This document shows, piece after piece, positions 21,681 through 24,000 of a DNA stretch of 24,000 nt. Source of the stretch: an uncultured Gammaproteobacteria bacterium. Its GTDB lineage: Bacteria > Pseudomonadota > Gammaproteobacteria > PS1 > Pseudothioglobaceae. The stretch lies in assembly GCA_902606745.1 (NCBI GenBank), contig CACLHR010000016.1:1-24000 (forward strand), given 5' to 3'. Position numbers and translations under genes: made by a program. The notes under the pieces are model-generated. The model made no database searches and had not been told where the DNA came from. It saw nothing but the letters and a program-made list of their open reading frames with translations. Position 1 is the stretch's first letter. Each line of letters begins with the position of its first letter.

Positions 21681-23222
21681 TCATCCCTTGGTGATAACCG
21701 GCTGAGCTAAAATCCAAATGCTTGTAACCGTATAGCCAATCATTAGAACTAACATTGGATACTGGCTTCGCACGGATATTTTTTGCGACCTATATATTCT
21801 AAGTGCAGAAATATGCCCAATATAGACAGCGATAACATGTCCGATAACGATAGTTAATAGAGCAGTCAACCAATAAAACTCAGCTCCAACAAACTTAACA
21901 TTTACACGATAATTTACTGTACCGAACAAATTCCACCCGTAACCAAAAGGGTCCGATAAAAGCGGAATAATTAGTTGACCCTGTATCAGAAGCAGATAAA
22001 GGTAGTGTGCAAAGTGATACGCCAATGCAATTGGCACGATAGAGTAAACAAACTTTACGGCTATAGAAATTGCTGAATAATTTCCCCCACCAAAAACAGC
22101 AATTAGTAAAGAGAAAAATAGATATATACAAATAAAGACTATGTAGAAGGCAATAAAACCAAAGCTCGCGACAATTGATATCTCGGAGATAAATTGTAGC
22201 AAAATATTCTGAATATTCATCCACGCCGGTGTTGAAATAAAACCATCAAATGTGACGGTTGACAGTATGAGAAGTACAAATGCCATCATCGAGAACGAGG
22301 TATCTTCATTTCGAAGCAACCCAATTGCGTATGGCCTAAGGTTTAACTGTCGGTCGTCAAACGACGCTCGATTGAAGCATTCACTGCAATCCACACACAC
22401 TCCATCTTGTCCTCGGCATTCGACTGTACAGTGGGAACAAATTTCAGGATTTTCTATTCGAATTTCTAGAGGTGCGAACTTAGCAAAAAGGCTAAAAACA
22501 ATTGAGAACGCCTCACCGCGGCGTAACCAAACTTCTTTACCGAAAAAGAACATCCCCGACCATGTAATCAATGAATAACCTAGAACAAGTAATGCGATTT
22601 CTTTGGGAACAACTGAGTTCGAATATACGTTTTCAATCCAGGCAAAGCAAAAAAATAGAAAAACTCCGGGCCAAACACCCCAATTCTTTGGATACTTTAA
22701 TTGTCGGGAAAGTCTTTCACCAGAAGCGCATCTCACATATATAAGTTCGGCACATTCAAAAATTATCTTCCATGGATTAATGACCGACCAAAGGTTGCCT
22801 ATAAGTGCGCATATGTAAGCCATTCCAACCCACCAGATTACCCAAACGAAGATTGGAGTAATATTGCTAATTGGGTGTTGATCGCCAATTAGTCCCGCTG
22901 AAATAACTAACACGAACAAGGTAACAGAGATCAGTCTTACAAAGAAAATAACAAACCAATGGGTAATCAGCTTACCGAATTTCCATTTGAGGATATTGAT
23001 CCGCCAATATTGATGGTCTGAGGAATAGCCACGCACAAACAAGCTGCTTACAACAAATGTGAGTACGATTGCTGTAGAGGCGGCAATTAGATAGTTAATT
23101 AAGGGAATTGGGAGGAAATAATAAAATTCTATTCCATGCGCATCGGCTGCTCTAGGAATAAAAGCTAGAACTACAATAAATTTCTGGACGACCGAATTAA
23201 TGTTAAGTCGAAAAATGTTCAC
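21681..23222 (-). CDS. Uncharacterised polytopic membrane protein with signal-like N-terminus, Cys-rich loop and paired intramembrane His motifs; resembles proteins loosely annotated 'fenitrothion hydrolase'-like
   Basis: 513 aa, roughly 10 or more hydrophobic segments; N-terminal '...IPRAADAHGIEFYYFLPIPLIN', 'GNLWSVINPWKIIFE', 'GEAFSIVFSLFAKFAPLEIR'. Family resemblance is from memory, not from a search. Confidence 0.7.
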   Translation of the reverse strand: MNIFRLNINSVVQKFIVVLAFIPRAADAHGIEFYYFLPIPLINYLIAASTAIVLTFVVSSLFVRGYSSDHQYWRINILKWKFGKLITHWFVIFFVRLISVTLFVLVISAGLIGDQHPISNITPIFVWVIWWVGMAYICALIGNLWSVINPWKIIFECAELIYVRCASGERLSRQLKYPKNWGVWPGVFLFFCFAWIENVYSNSVVPKEIALLVLGYSLITWSGMFFFGKEVWLRRGEAFSIVFSLFAKFAPLEIRIENPEICSHCTVECRGQDGVCVDCSECFNRASFDDRQLNLRPYAIGLLRNEDTSFSMMAFVLLILSTVTFDGFISTPAWMNIQNILLQFISEISIVASFGFIAFYIVFICIYLFFSLLIAVFGGGNYSAISIAVKFVYSIVPIALAYHFAHYLYLLLIQGQLIIPLLSDPFGYGWNLFGTVNYRVNVKFVGAEFYWLTALLTIVIGHVIAVYIGHISALRIYRSQKISVRSQYPMLVLMIGYTVTSIWILAQPVITKG

Positions 23223-23243
23223 TCTTCACCACAAACCATATCG

Positions 23244-24000
23244 CTACCTACCGCTTATAATGACCTGGCTTTTCCCATTATGATAATGTCTAAACGAGAC
23301 CGAATTCGAAGCTGAAAAGATGGGTACTTCCTGATTATCAATCTTCACAACATAAGGAGGTGAAAATAATGAACTAGGAATGTTTATTTCCGTTTCACTT
23401 TCGACACCCTTTGGACCCGCTGCTGTAAATCGCAACTCTTTGATTTTCCCTTCAAACACTACATCATAGATGTGGGAAATCGAACGCATGACTAACGGTG
23501 CGCTATTTAATTCAAATGTATAGTCAACCGGTATCAGGGGTGGTAATACTGCCCGGTATAACCGACGAACCTTACTCCATTCTGGTCCATACATATCTGA
23601 ACCTTTTGTTTTGACCACAACATAAAGTATGCGACCCGTCGCATCGATTTCAAGGGTTCGATCCTGTGCAAACGTGCTGCCGTAGTTAGAGTGGCCGGTT
23701 TTCGTTCGATCCAGTTGTAGCTCTGCCATGAGTTGTGACTGCGCGGAAGTAATTTCCTTTTTGGAAAGCAGCGGTAAGCCTAAATCCACCGTGTACCAAT
23801 TTTGGCCACCGTTCTTCGTTCGATATACGTGTTCCGGTGTAATCGCATACAACACGAGTGGATTCAACGGATCAATCGCCAAATCAATCACGGGCATCTT
23901 CTCAGGTATTCCGTTCGATGATCGATTCCAATTTTTACCGCCATTTGTCGTCTTATAGATGCCACTTTCTGTAGCCGCGTATAGGGTATCTGGATCTGTG
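23244..24000 (-). CDS. BNR/YCF48/sortilin-like beta-propeller protein, partial (5' end outside window)
   Basis: The ORF track starts at an internal Met (23897), but the frame stays open to the window edge: TDPDTLYAATESGIYKTTNGGKNWNRSSNGIPEK|MPVIDLAIDPLNPLVLYAITPEHVYRTKNGGQNWYTVDLG. Two consecutive DPxxxLYAxTxxxxYxTxNGGxNW repeats are visible. Confidence 0.8.
   Translation of the reverse strand, partial: TDPDTLYAATESGIYKTTNGGKNWNRSSNGIPEKMPVIDLAIDPLNPLVLYAITPEHVYRTKNGGQNWYTVDLGLPLLSKKEITSAQSQLMAELQLDRTKTGHSNYGSTFAQDRTLEIDATGRILYVVVKTKGSDMYGPEWSKVRRLYRAVLPPLIPVDYTFELNSAPLVMRSISHIYDVVFEGKIKELRFTAAGPKGVESETEINIPSSLFSPPYVVKIDNQEVPIFSASNSVSFRHYHNGKSQVIISGR

Overview
AT-rich bacterial chromosomal window, probably from a marine-type gammaproteobacterium (taxonomy is inference). 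Most of it is ordinary core genome: rnpB, class I fumarase, mreBCD-mrdA, tgt, recX-recA, ribD, coaBC, dnaE, trpE. Two parts look more accessory. (1) A compact ectoine-catabolism locus (positions 1163-4695): doeA/eutD, doeB/eutE, an Lrp/AsnC regulator (doeX-like) and a eutA-like racemase/decarboxylase-family protein. It is flanked by an EamA-type and an SMR-type transporter, with no canonical ectoine importer visible. (2) The right edge (21681-24000): a polytopic membrane protein with a six-Cys loop, paired intramembrane His motifs and a possible N-terminal His after signal cleavage. It lies downstream of a BNR/YCF48-like beta-propeller gene that runs off the window. This pair is the best candidate for something poorly described, but its function is speculative. 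I see no CRISPR array, transposon, phage, tRNA or obvious defence system. No homology search was run; calls rest on recognition of motifs and family architecture.
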